Shown: positions 1-11,803, numbered from the whole stretch's first letter. The stretch: 63,962 nucleotides of DNA, filler included, from Diploschistes diacapsis (GCA_023645945.1; 24 parts of 24 records of this genome joined end to end with filler, not necessarily neighbours in it); one strand, 5' to 3'. Numbers and translations are program-made. Notes: generated by a model from the letters alone, not told the origin.

Positions 1-635
1 ATTCATAAGATACCCCGAGTTATAGTAATTATTAATATCAAAACCTTCCGAAAGATTTAATACTAATAAAAAACCAATACCGGGACGCGTTTAATTAAAT
101 CCCCGCGATAATATTAAACGACAAAGATCTTCGGTTAAAAATCTTCGAAGGATTTAATATCAACGAAAAATCAATACGGAAAAGATTCTAAAAAAATCCC
201 CGCGACGAATTTAAACGACGAATATTTTCGTTTAAAGACCCGATAAAAGAATAAATTAATTAAAATAACGTTATCGAGAACGTAATAAACCTATAATTAT
301 AAAAATAAACAAAAGAAATCTATTAACGAATAAAAATAAATTAACGAAACTAATAGAATTAATACGTATTTACGTGATAATCGTTAAAAAAACGAATTAA
401 TAAAACGATCGAAAGATTTAACGATTTTAATAACAATTTAAAAAAGATTTAATTAAAAAAAACGAGTTAAAATAATTATTAAATAAAAAACAGGTTACCC
501 GGGTTTGTCTAATCGACGAAATTATCGATCTACGAGTAATAATCGAAAAATTTCGGAATTAACGAAAGTTTATCGAAATTAATAACGGGGGACGTTTCTT
601 ATCGTATAAATTACTAAACCTATTTAAGTTCTCGA

Positions 636-1098
636 TATTACGATCCAAGTACCAGACTTGGCACGTCCCAGCTTTGTATATAGGTCGGTCACGGGACCAG
701 GGGTCACGTGATGCGTTCACTACTCGCGCTCACTTTCGTGAACGGCGAGCAAGCTTTCGCCACCGCTCGACGATCGCGTTTATTTTTATAAACGGCGAGT
801 TTCGAAAACATCGTTCGCTAAATTTACGATAAACGGTAAACGAGTTAATTATATATAAACACGATTTTATTTTCGTAAAAAAGAATATATTTATTTTTAT
901 AAATATCTTTAATTATTATTCGAGATTAATTTATATTCGTTATTTTTATTATTAAAGAGCTTTCTTTTTAAAGATAGTTTAAAACCTATAATTATTCTAT
1001 CTTTTTTTTTTATTATATTTTTTTTTTAATAGAAACTAAATTTATCTTAATTTTATTCGTGTATATTTTGTATAAATAAAGATTATAATATTTAAACA
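636..1098 (+). mobile_element. LTR (family A, probably Gypsy), RIP-mutated, cut by contig end
   Basis: Starts T(g>a)TTACGATCCAAGTACC; aligns with 59830-60320 with differences that are almost all transitions; TATA-like GTATATAG and TCACGTGA in the first 100 bp. Confidence 0.75.
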
Positions 1099-1198
1099 NN
1101 NNNNNNNNNNNNNNNNNNNNNNNNNNNNNNNNNNNNNNNNNNTTAATTAATTAANNNNNNNNNNNNNNNNNNNNNNNNNNNNNNNNNNNNNNNNNNNN
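1099..1198. other. Artificial contig spacer N44-TTAATTAATTAA-N44 (first of 23; others start at 2297, 3495, 4693, 5891, 7089, 8286, 9483, 28402, 29599, 30796, 31992, 33188, 34384, 35580, 36775, 37970, 39165, 40360, 59186, 60381, 61575, 62769)
   Basis: Identical 100-nt blocks; TTAATTAATTAA puts stop codons in all six frames. Confidence 0.99.
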
Positions 1199-1554
1199 TA
1201 ATTATTCTGTCTAAACTATATCTAAAGATAGAAAAAAAAAACACGAAAAGATTATAAAAGCTTTAAAGATATGTCGAGATAAAAGAATTTATTATTAATA
1301 TATTTATTATATAAAATTGTTATATATTATAATTTATAAACATCCGTGATTTATATACCCGCGATATACGTATCGAGGAATCGATATTAACTTATATATC
1401 AGCTAATCGAAACCGTATCGATAACTTTTTCGTTTAACGGTAAATACGTGTTCGTTATCTTTCCGCGGAGTTAGCGAAGGTACATCGGAAGTTTTACGAA
1501 AGTCTTTAAATAAATATAAGTAACGGTTCTAAAGGTTTAGAACTAAGAAAGGAA

Positions 1555-1751
1555 AAGATAATTATAATAGATAATTATGACAGTCCTCCGGGCGAGCGGA
1601 GGAACTTAGTCCTAACGTCGCGCCAAGGCCGCTCTAAGGCCGTAGGTCATAAGAAGAGTTTTTATAGAGGGATCTCCTCTTTTCTTCTCTAGAGATTAGT
1701 TCATGAATACTATGACCATTAATATCACACTACTGCATTTCATCCTTTACA
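1555..1751 (-). repeat. LTR-like repeat family B, inverted relative to the copy at 2091
   Basis: Ends ...CATCCTTTACA; reverse complement of 2091-2290; third copy at about 37740-37917. Confidence 0.7.
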
Positions 1752-2090
1752 TTTATCGTAAATTTAATAAACGGTATTCTCAAAACTCGCCGTTTATAAA
1801 AATAAACGCGATTATCGAGCAATAACGAAAACTCACTCGTCGCTTATGAGAATAAACGTAAATAACGGCACATAAGCTTCAAAACGACGAATTTGGGTTA
1901 CTTTCGAGGTCGGATCAGATCGATATACCATACGGGTACTAATCGATCCAGATACCGAAATAAACGCTATCTTAACCGAATATATATAACGACTGAAAAT
2001 AAAGAGTTACGAATTTAAGAAAAAATTCACATTCGGAACCGTGACGGATCGTAACGCTTAACAAATCATTAAACGTATAATTCCGTTGAT

Positions 2091-2296
2091 TGTAAAGGAT
2101 GAAATGCAGTAATATGATAGTAATGGTCATAATATTCATGAACTAATCTCTAGAGAAGAAAAGAGGAGATCCCTCTATAAAAACTCCTCTTATAACTTAC
2201 GGCCTTAAAACGGCCTTAACGCGGCGTTAGAATTAAATTCCTCCGCTCGCCCGAAAAACTGTTATAATTATTTATTATAATTATTTCCCTTTTTTT
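2091..2296 (+). repeat. LTR-like repeat family B
   Basis: Starts TGTAAAGGATGAAATGCAG; shares GAACTAATCTCTAGAGAAGAAAAGAGGAGATCCC and TCCGCTCGCCCG with the other copies. Confidence 0.7.
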
Positions 2297-2396
2297 NNNN
2301 NNNNNNNNNNNNNNNNNNNNNNNNNNNNNNNNNNNNNNNNTTAATTAATTAANNNNNNNNNNNNNNNNNNNNNNNNNNNNNNNNNNNNNNNNNNNN

Positions 2397-2521
2397 TATT
2401 TTTAAATATCTATTAATCACGTGACCTAGCGTCCGTGGATGGCTATATACAAGGAATGGTTGGGAAGTGCCCGACTAGCTGTGACGTGCCAGGTGACTGC
2501 CTAGTACCCTGGATCGTAACA
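2397..2521 (-). mobile_element. 5' end of LTR family C (reverse)
   Basis: Ends GGATCGTAACA; near-identical reverse complement of 2823-2940. Confidence 0.8.
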
Positions 2522-2822
2522 CGTTATTATTACTATCGTTGTTATTCTTTCCTTTATTTTAATTTTAATAACCTCTCATTTCCGTCGCTTATCTATTATG
2601 ATAAAACTCGTTTTTTACGATTACGACGCGTTCTTTTAACTCGGTTATCGTGCGCGCCTCATTGCTGACATTAATTCTATAAACGGGGGCGCTGCGTCGT
2701 CGTCGTTAAAAAAAAGATAAGAATATTTTGAGTGACTAGCTATAAAAAAATAAGAATAATAAAAGACTAGAGGAAGGTAAAGAAGGAAAGAAAAGAAGAA
2801 GGGAAGGAAGGAGCTGGAGAAG

Positions 2823-3319
2823 TGTTACGATCCAGGGTACTAGGCGAGTCACCTGGCACGTCACAGCTAGTCGGGCACTTCCCAACCATTCCTTGTATAT
2901 AGCCAACCACGGACGCTAGGTCACGTGACTAACAGATATTCAGTGACAGACATTTATCAAAGACAGATCTACCTGAATAACTATCTGTCAATAACAGCTC
3001 TATTGTAGCAGCTCTGCTGTGAGCAATCAACTGTCGTCTTAAATTATATAGAAACACCGTTATAGCTCCCTTAAATCGGGACGTGTTCAATTTTATAAAT
3101 ATCTTTAACGATTACTCGAGATCAATCTATATTCGTTACTTTTTATTAACGGATAACAATCTTTTTAAAAATTAATATAGATCTATAACCAATTTATTTT
3201 TTTTATCGCATTTTTTTTCTAATAGAGATTAAATTATCTTAATTAATATCTCGTGTCTAGATTATAGAAATAAAGATTATAACATTTAAACATCTTTAAA
3301 ATAAATGTATCTAATAACA
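2823..3319 (+). mobile_element. Full LTR, family C (TG...CA), probably Gypsy
   Basis: TGTTACGATCC...AATAACA termini; followed by CGACTGGGCGATCG, similar to the sequence after the LTR ending near 60320 (putative primer-binding region). Confidence 0.75.
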
Positions 3320-3662
3320 CGACTGGGCGATCGTTAATATAAACTAATTTTATATTAACTTTAATAGCATTAAAGTTCGATACGATTATAACGGACATTA
3401 CGAAAGCCAAAAAAGACGATTTCGGAAATAACGTAAAAGCTAACGAGAAAATCTTAAGAAATTTAATTATTAAAGAATTTAAGCTAAATAAATTNNNNNN
3501 NNNNNNNNNNNNNNNNNNNNNNNNNNNNNNNNNNNNNNTTAATTAATTAANNNNNNNNNNNNNNNNNNNNNNNNNNNNNNNNNNNNNNNNNNNNTCTTTA
3601 AACTTTACTAAATTAATTCTAATAATCTTCTAAACGTCGGATACCTAGATCTTATATTATTT

Positions 3663-4317
3663 TAGGCTGGCCGTCACTGACACTGACAGTGTCAGTGTCC
3701 GTGTTTTAGATTTTTTAGCTGCGGTGTCCGTGTTCGTGGATTTACGGAAGTGTAGTGTCCGTGTTAGTATTAGTGTTTTAAATTTTTTAATTATAGTGTC
3801 CGTGTTCGTGGATTCACGGAAATGTAGTGTCCGTATTAATATCCGTGTTTTAAAAATTTTAGTTACGGTGTCCGTGTCCGTATATTTATTGTAGTGTAGT
3901 GTCCGTGTCCGTGTCCGTGTTTTAAAAAAACTTTTTTAAAAATAAAAGCGTGAGAAATAAGCGTGATAATTTTAGAAATATTAAAAAAAAAAAAGTGTTT
4001 CCGTGTTTTCATTGTAGTATAATATCCGTGTCAATAGATTTACGGAAATGTAGTGTCCGTGTTAATATTCGTGTTTTAAAATTTTTAATTACGGTGTCCG
4101 TGTCCGTGAATTCACGGAAGTGCAATATCAGTATTAGTGTTAATGTTTTAAAATTTTTAATTGCAGTGTCCGTGTCCGTGGATTTACGGAAGTGTAATGT
4201 CCGTGTTAGTATTAGTGTTTTAAAATTTTAACTGTCGTGTCCGTGTCAGTGTCCGTGTTTTGAAAATTTTTGCTGTAGTGTCCGTGTTAGTGACCGTGGC
4301 ACGAAACGGCCAGTCTA
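3663..4317 (+). mobile_element. Non-autonomous hAT element (MITE), 655 bp
   Basis: TIRs TAGGCTGGCCGT / ACGGCCAGTCTA; 8-bp TSD TATTATTT at 3655-3662 and 4318-4325; internal ~72-bp units rich in GTGTCCGTG. Confidence 0.9.
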
Positions 4318-4792
4318 TATTATTTATCTATATTGATATATACGACCATTATACCAAATCTCGCCTTATCTATTAACTTATTTTATCGTCTAAATAACAA
4401 TTTCGGTTTTACGTAATTATAATATCTTAATTCTTAGACACGGATATAATCTATTAACGGCTTTTCGCTTAATTAATACTCGATAAACGTCGCGACTAAA
4501 CCGTTTAATTCAGGTTTTATTATCGTTCTATTTCGGATATAATATTAAATTAATACTGTTTCGTCCTAGAAAGCGTATCCTTGCTTCGTTCCCTTAAATA
4601 TAACACGAATGTTCATTTCGGTAATTTATATGCATCTTTCGGTAATGTTATTTTAATTTAACGTATATAATATTATCGGTTCTATCTAAATTNNNNNNNN
4701 NNNNNNNNNNNNNNNNNNNNNNNNNNNNNNNNNNNNTTAATTAATTAANNNNNNNNNNNNNNNNNNNNNNNNNNNNNNNNNNNNNNNNNNNN

Positions 4793-5378
4793 GCTAAACA
4801 GACCTTATAATGTTCATAATTCTTAAAAAATATTAATTATCTTAATCTTATAAAACCATCTTTATATATTATTAATCTATTCGATAATAATATTGATTCT
4901 TTAGATTTAATAAAACACGCGAGGATCAACAATCGTTCAAAACACGTCGGCATTATTTATCGTCACGTACGAGATCTTATCAAGCAAAGACGCATTAAAG
5001 TATCTTATATCCCTACCGATAAAATGATTATTAATAAACTTACAAAACCACTAAACTACTCGAAACTAGGCTGGCCGTCACTGACACTAACACGGCCGTG
5101 TCCGTGACACGGACACTAACAATATCAATATCAATATTTTAAATTTTTTAGCTGCGGTGTCCGTGTCCGTAAATACACGGAAATGCAGTGTCCGTGTCAG
5201 TATCAATATTTTAAATTTTTTAATGCAGTATCCGTGTCCGTGCTTTTACTACAATACAATGACCGTATTAGTGTCCGTGCCGAGAAATTTTTTGTTGCGA
5301 TATCCGTGTCAGTGACCGTGGCACGAAACGGCCAGCCTACTCGAAACACGACGCCTTCATCAAAAAACTCGACCTAAT
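4793..5378 (+). pseudogene. Copia pol C-terminus (RNase H), RIP-degraded, interrupted by a hAT MITE
   Basis: Translates to ..RSKHVGIIYRHVRDLIKQRRIKVSYIPTDKMIINKLTKPL.., matching the Copia RNase H end motif (RTKHIDIRYH...ADGLTKPL). Confidence 0.8.
5067..5339 (+). mobile_element. hAT MITE, short 273-bp copy
   Basis: TIRs TAGGCTGGCCGT / ACGGCCAGCCTA; 8-bp TSD CTCGAAAC at 5059-5066 and 5340-5347. Confidence 0.92.
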
Positions 5379-5435
5379 TCAAAAGATATCTAATTAGACT
5401 ATATAGATATGCCAGACGATCCACCTATAAGAAAA

Positions 5436-5651
5436 TATTGAACAGACAGGCAGAAGGCATAGCTAGGAGTTCGACTAAATTTTAGAAGAAGGTTCAGTTC
5501 AGCTAAACCTTCTGGACTTCCAACTAGACCGATTAAGGAATAGTGTAGGTAGTAGGGCTTAACGTATCCCGCGAGGATAAAAGTCTTCAAACTAGGATAA
5601 CCTCCTAGATAAGACCTCTAGACTTCAATATATCCATTACGTTGCCAAACA
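5436..5651 (+). mobile_element. Copia 3' LTR
   Basis: Follows RNase H and a purine tract; T(g>a)TTGAAC...CCAAACA; homologous to the reverse copy at 38070-38206. Confidence 0.65.
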
Positions 5652-5994
5652 GAATTACCGTTATATAGCTTCGTAATTTATTATATTAAATTTACTCGAT
5701 TCGATCTATTTCGTCTAAATATTAATAATTTTAAGAAATAGTTTGCGAAATCGCGATATTAAATTTTTATTAATAGATTAAAGATTCGCGATCGTGACTT
5801 TTAGATTTAAACCGAATCGAATTCTTTCGCGTCAAATTTTTCGATTATATTTATTATTAACGTAAATAATGCAGGAAAGCCAGTTTATATNNNNNNNNNN
5901 NNNNNNNNNNNNNNNNNNNNNNNNNNNNNNNNNNTTAATTAATTAANNNNNNNNNNNNNNNNNNNNNNNNNNNNNNNNNNNNNNNNNNNNATAT

Positions 5995-6602
5995 AAAAAT
6001 AATAAATTTAAAATTAATAAATATAGAAATTCTAAATATATAATAAATACGAAAATAATAAATTTAAAAGCAATAAATTCGAAAATAATAGATTCAAAAA
6101 CAATAAGTTCAAAAACAATAAATTCGAAAGCAGTAGATTCGAAAGCAGTAGATGCGAAAGTAGTAGGTTTAAAAGCAGTAGATTCGAAAGTAGAAAATAC
6201 GAAAATAGTAGATTTGAAAGTAATAGATGCGAAAGTAGGAAGTGCGAAAGCAGTAGGCGCGAAAGCAGTAGGTTTAAAAGCAGTCGGTTTAAAAGCAGTA
6301 AGTTTGAAAGTAGTAGATGCGAAAGCAGTAGATTCGAAAGCAGTAGATTCGAAAGCAGTGGATACGAAAGCAGTAGGTGCGAAAGCAGTAGGGTTGAAAG
6401 CAGTAGATGCGAAAGCAGTAGATGCGAAAGCAGTAGGTTTGAAAGCAGTAGATGCGAAAGTAGTAGGTTTGAAAGCAGTAGATTCGAAAGCAGTGGATAG
6501 GAAAGCAGTAGGTTTGAAAGCAGTAGGTGCGAAAGCAGTAGGCGCGAAAGCAGTAAGTTTGAAAGCAGTAGAAGCGAAAGTAGTAGGTAATGCGAAAGCA
6601 AT
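5995..6602. repeat. 15-bp minisatellite (GCGAAAGCAGTAGAT-like unit), roughly 35-40 units
   Basis: AAAGCAGTAG recurs every 15 nt; gives pentapeptide-repeat ORFs in three frames. Confidence 0.95.
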
Positions 6603-7188
6603 AGGATACAAAAAAGATATCACGTAATAGTTTAGTTTAGTTCAGCCAATCTAACCCTTGACTGTTACTTTCGGAATTAATTTCTTATTTACGATTTTTT
6701 CTGCGCCCATAAATATATTAATTTATAATTATAATCCTGCGTTTCGCTTAAAAATTAATCTATAATTATAATTCTACGCTTCGCTTAAAAATAAAGAACG
6801 TCGAAAAACTTAAAACGCTGAAATAACTTTAAACGGCGTTGAAGAGATATAATTATAAATAATAATAAAAATTAACTATTTATTTATTCCCGTTTATAAT
6901 ATATTTAATTACTTTTAATTTAGTACTATAATATAATTAAGATCAGAAATTATAAATATAAAAGATATATTAACTATAATAAAAATTATTATAAAAGAAA
7001 TATATAATCGAAGATATAAAGTATGCTTTATACGCGAAAAAGATTTTGCGATATTACGATTATATAAAGAAGATAAGATATTTATAGCNNNNNNNNNNNN
7101 NNNNNNNNNNNNNNNNNNNNNNNNNNNNNNNNTTAATTAATTAANNNNNNNNNNNNNNNNNNNNNNNNNNNNNNNNNNNNNNNNNNNN

Positions 7189-8048
7189 GGTTATTTAAAC
7201 ATAAACGATCTTATAACGATATTATTCCCGCGATTAAGGCCGCCATCGTCAAGATCGAAAAATGTTATTTTAAAATAAAAAATTAAAACGGATTTTCTTA
7301 TAATTTTATATCCGTTCTCGATTTAAATAATAAGTTATTATTATATAAGATAATAATATTGAAGTTTAGTTATTAATATATTAACTGATTTTATATAGGA
7401 TTAGAATAAGGATAAATTTCTAAATAATAAAAAATATTAACGTCGATATAAAAAAATTTTTACAGATTTTTTTAAAGAATATTATTAACGTGATACTTTT
7501 CGATCGAGAACGTTTAACGTTATATTAAGTTTAATAATTTTTATTAATTTTAAAATTAATTATTAGACGAAACGAATTATAGGGAATAAACGAATTTAAA
7601 TTTTATAATATTTAGACGGTGACGTGATCTATAATAAAGATAAAGAACTTAATCTTCTTAAATGGTGGCGTATTAACGAACAAATATTTCCGGAATTAGC
7701 GCGAATAACGCGTGATGTTTTGGCGATTTTAATCTCGGAGGTTAGCGTTAAAAAAATATTTAATCGCGGTCGGGATCTTATTACATATCGACGATCTCGT
7801 TTGTATAATTTAATTATCCGTAAGATTCTCGTTATCGGATATTATTTACGGCAACCCGACGATTCTAGTATCACGAATCGACGAAAACGTTATTTATTTT
7901 AAGATTTTAATTTTACGCGCGAGGAAGAAGAAAAAAAATGTATTAAAACGATCGACGATTTAGAATCTAAAGAAGAATTTATTAACGGGATTGATTTTAT
8001 TGAGATATTATAAAAAATAGATTTTAATTTTATATAGAATAATATATA
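7189..8048 (+). pseudogene. hAT transposase C-terminal (dimerisation domain) fragment, RIP-degraded
   Basis: ORF 7624-7902 LLKWWRINEQIFPELARITRDVLAILISEVSVKKIFNRGRDLITYRRSRL matches the hATC pattern (WW...P.L...A.D.LAIP...VER.FS......RR.RL). Confidence 0.85.
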
Positions 8049-8285
8049 ACGTGTTTGACGGTGAGTCCGGCCATCCCCAGAGTCCGGCCACCTCAAATCA
8101 CTGTTTTTATATTATATTCGATTTTTCTTAATAATGACTATTTCGCATCGCAATAATTCGATTTTAATAGAATCTAATATCAACGACTGTTTATAGGTCC
8201 TAAAATCATAACAATATACTAGTATTCGAGAAACTGCTCGCGCATTTAAAATATCTCGATCGATTATTATGGATCGATTTAATAA
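8049..8285 (+). mobile_element. Fot1/pogo transposon left end with transposase start
   Basis: TA + ACGTGTTTGACGGTGAGTCCGGCCATCCCCAGAGTCCGGCCAC TIR (Tan1/Vader-like); degenerate N-terminus MTISHRNNSILIESNINDCL; homologues at 36633 and 63166. Confidence 0.8.
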
Positions 8286-8385
8286 NNNNNNNNNNNNNNN
8301 NNNNNNNNNNNNNNNNNNNNNNNNNNNNNTTAATTAATTAANNNNNNNNNNNNNNNNNNNNNNNNNNNNNNNNNNNNNNNNNNNN

Positions 8386-9150
8386 CCGTTAAATAATACA
8401 TCAACTTCTATAGGGATTAATTATCTTTTTATTTCGCGTCAGCGTATTAACGTGTTACGTTTAACACCCGATTTATTAAATCTTTAATTATATTAAATAA
8501 TATTTTTTAAAATAACTTTACGTGACCGTATTTATATCGATTTTAACTTTATAAACGAATTGAAATTTTAAAAGATTTCCCCGAAACGTTTACGCAGCGT
8601 AACGAACTTATAACGTAATTATAAATAAATATAATATATTTATTTCCCGTATCTTGTTAATTATTATAAACCATTCTCGGTATTCCGTTATAAATAATTT
8701 TTAGTATGTTAATAAAAATTAAAATCGAAGGTATCTCGTAACATTAGTAACGTATTCGTTAGATACGGCTCGTTTACGAATAATTTACGTTTTATATTCC
8801 GTTTCGATTATCGGAAATCTGGTTTAAATTTTTAGTTTCATTATTTCCGTAATTAGATCTTGGATTCTTTTTTATTTTAATAATCTCTCGCGTTTTTTTT
8901 AAGGTGGGAAATACGTTCCCGGTTAGATCGCGAAGGATTTACGTTCGATAAATATTCTTTTTCGACAATAGAATTTTGAAATTAATCTTTTTCGTTTAAT
9001 TTAAGAATTTCGACGGCGACGCGTTTCCTTTCGACGATTTCTTTTTTTAGCGAGGCTTTTACGATTATTAATCGTGGGGATTCCGTTAATATCTCGTTAC
9101 ATATTAATGATTCCCGTCGGGATAAAATAACGGTGTCCGTTAGATCTACG
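8386..9150 (-). pseudogene. Probable Gypsy pol (RNase H/integrase) fragment, RIP-degraded
   Basis: Minus-strand remnants of ADALSR and integrase HHCC-like region; many stops. Confidence 0.5.
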
Positions 9151-9151
9151 G

Positions 9152-9400
9152 TAGGCTGGCCGTTTCGTGCCACGGACACTTCCACGGACACTACCGAGAA
9201 AATTTTTTAAACACGATACTGCCACGGACACTACCGTTAAAATTTTAAAACACGGACACTTCTACGGATACTACATTATAATAAAAACACGGACACGGAT
9301 ATTACGATTAAAAATTATAAAACACGGACACTTTTACGGATATTACCGTTAAAAATTTTAAAACACGATACTGCCACGGATATTATATTATAATAAATTT
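9152..9400 (-). mobile_element. hAT MITE, partial, reverse orientation
   Basis: TAGGCTGGCCGTTTCGTGCCACGG end and CACGGACAC repeats. Confidence 0.85.
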
Positions 9401-11803
9401 ATTAAATTATTAAATTATTACCGTAAATTTATCAAAATACCGCAATAAAAAATATAAATATAAAAAATAAACGTAATAATTCNNNNNNNNNNNNNNNNNN
9501 NNNNNNNNNNNNNNNNNNNNNNNNNNTTAATTAATTAANNNNNNNNNNNNNNNNNNNNNNNNNNNNNNNNNNNNNNNNNNNNGTATGATTCTGATGATGG
9601 GGATGATAGTGAGGAGGAGGAGGAGGGGGATGGGTTAGCGGATGAGGTTGAGGAGTATTGTAGGGGATGAGGGTGAGGGTGGGGGAGTTTCGGGTGCCTG
9701 CGGCTGGTTCTGTGCCGTTACTGGCGCTCGTGGGTGGTTTTTTTTTTTGCTTGCTTGTCTGGGCTACCAATGCTTAGCGAGGATTGGCGCTTCTTGCCCG
9801 TGCTTGCTTGCTTGCGAAGGTGGCAATGTGGTGTGGCTCAGTGTTCGGAGCTGAAGCTCCTGCGCTTGGATCGCTGGTAGCCCACTGGATAGCAGAACGA
9901 GATGAATGCAGTTCTCCACGCATGATTTTCTACAACCCTGTGCTATGAAGCTATAGCCACCGCTGAGAAGTCATCTGATTAAATGTTTTTTTTAATCGAA
10001 GGCATTGAAAGGAGCGGCAAGAGATTAAAAAGGGGTCGCGAGAACTCGACGCCGAAGCTTCCTTCCTAGGTCCCCAAAGCTCCAGATGTTCCTTCACCCC
10101 CTTCCCGCAATCGATCTCCCTTCCTTCCACTGTTTCCCTCCCACAACCCACTCCCCTCAATCGTTCAAGCTCTTCTCCCAGATACCCCAACGGTAAAAGT
10201 TCGCGACCATGAACAGCCCAGCACAGACACCCCAGAAATATAGAAGTAACCCGGGCCGGTTCCCACCTGCCTCGATCGGCATCGGCATTCGTTTGGCATT
10301 TCTCCAAAGGGGGCCGCTTGTATTGCGTACAGCGGTAGGTAGTACGTAGCCCCCGTCGAAAGTCCGTTATACTGTGCCGTAACCCTCGCGAGAGTCGAAA
10401 AGGGACAAGATAACTGTTGCCCCAGGCATCTCATCTAGGTCACGATAGCTTTAACTAGTCCTTTGTACTGGGAATTGAGATGCTGTGGCGCTCGGGGGTT
10501 TTGAGGTGGTTGTTGTTGTTGTTGTTTGTTTTTCTCGTTCGCTTTTTCGCTGCTCACTTGTTGGGCCCGGCTTACTGCCTACGGCTGTGACTGCTGACTT
10601 TGGTGCTGATAACAGTAGGTCCCTCGCTTTACTTTACACGGCTGGGATATAGCTTATCGCTATTGCTATATTGCTTTGCTCGCTCCTGCTGCTCCTCATG
10701 CCCCCCTTTTCTTTCCCAGCTTCAGCGCTGGGCGATCGCGCGCATGGGGATATACAAAGTCGGACATGAAGCTTGCGTCCCCGGCCGAAAGCGCTAGCGA
10801 CGGGTCATTCTGACAATCAAGTGCTGGTGAATTGTATAGGGTACCCTGTTGCCAAGTTGTGAAAAGCCGCACGCTAGCCCTTTCATCTCAACACTATCGC
10901 AAGTTATCTAGACGAGAGCGTGGGCTAAGTCAGCACCCGTGGCGGGCATGGTTGCACCTGTTATACATCACTGGACGTATTCGGAAAAGGTAGGAATGAA
11001 AGAAAGAGCGGTAGGAGTGATCCTTTTCTCGATAGGCAAGCGGAGCGGGTTGTTATGAGTAGCATGAGGGGTGTACGGTAACGTCTCAAGCGTAGGTGCA
11101 ATCGCTACTTGTGGCAGGGTAGCTTGGCCGTAGCCGACGTCTGCTGTGCAATACTTTATCGTTGATCAAGAGCGCATAGCCCGGGCTTTGGTGGTTGATC
11201 GAACTTCTTGTCGAGTTGTGTTGAATACCACCTCAAGAAGTGTCCTGTCCGATAGACGAGTAATTGGATTCGGTAGGTGCTGTGGATGATCTCCGGATTC
11301 ATGTCTGGAATACACTAGGAGGGTGCACAAATTGGGCTGGGCGTGGATGATGTGCAACAACATACAATGGCCATGCGTTTCGAGGTACTTGACCTACAGA
11401 ATGAGCTTCTTCTCAAGGCTTTGACGACTGCCAAAGATGCTTTATGCAATGTGCATGTGTATACTTTGTTTATGGCTCATCCATAACGAAATGGAATCCA
11501 CCAAGCTGATATTGGGCGAATCTACCGAGTAGAAGCGGATCAAAGGTGTCCAATCGACCCAGTCTGACATATGAGACACTCTGCAAAGCGATGACTCTTT
11601 CACGTGGGCACAGGAGACGTTAGCAAGGGCATTCTGTCCACGCACGCGGTACGTAGCTCGAACACTTGGAAGCTGTTGAAGCCTCGCATCACTGGTACGG
11701 ACATGGAATTGCGTTCGCAAATGTATCAAAGCATATTTAAGTTTAGTTATTATAGATTTTCTTTCTCTAGTCAGCGACTGCTGCCAGACCATCGAACAAC
11801 GCG

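Noticed and set aside
1143..1154. Regularly spaced TTAATTAATTAA palindromes
   Set aside because: Artificial linker inside N runs
3663..4317. CRISPR-like repeat array
   Set aside because: Eukaryotic context, no unique spacers, no cas genes; bounded by TIRs and an 8-bp TSD, so a MITE
5943..6627. Three overlapping ORFs of 137-226 aa
   Set aside because: By-products of a stop-poor 15-bp repeat; no unique domain
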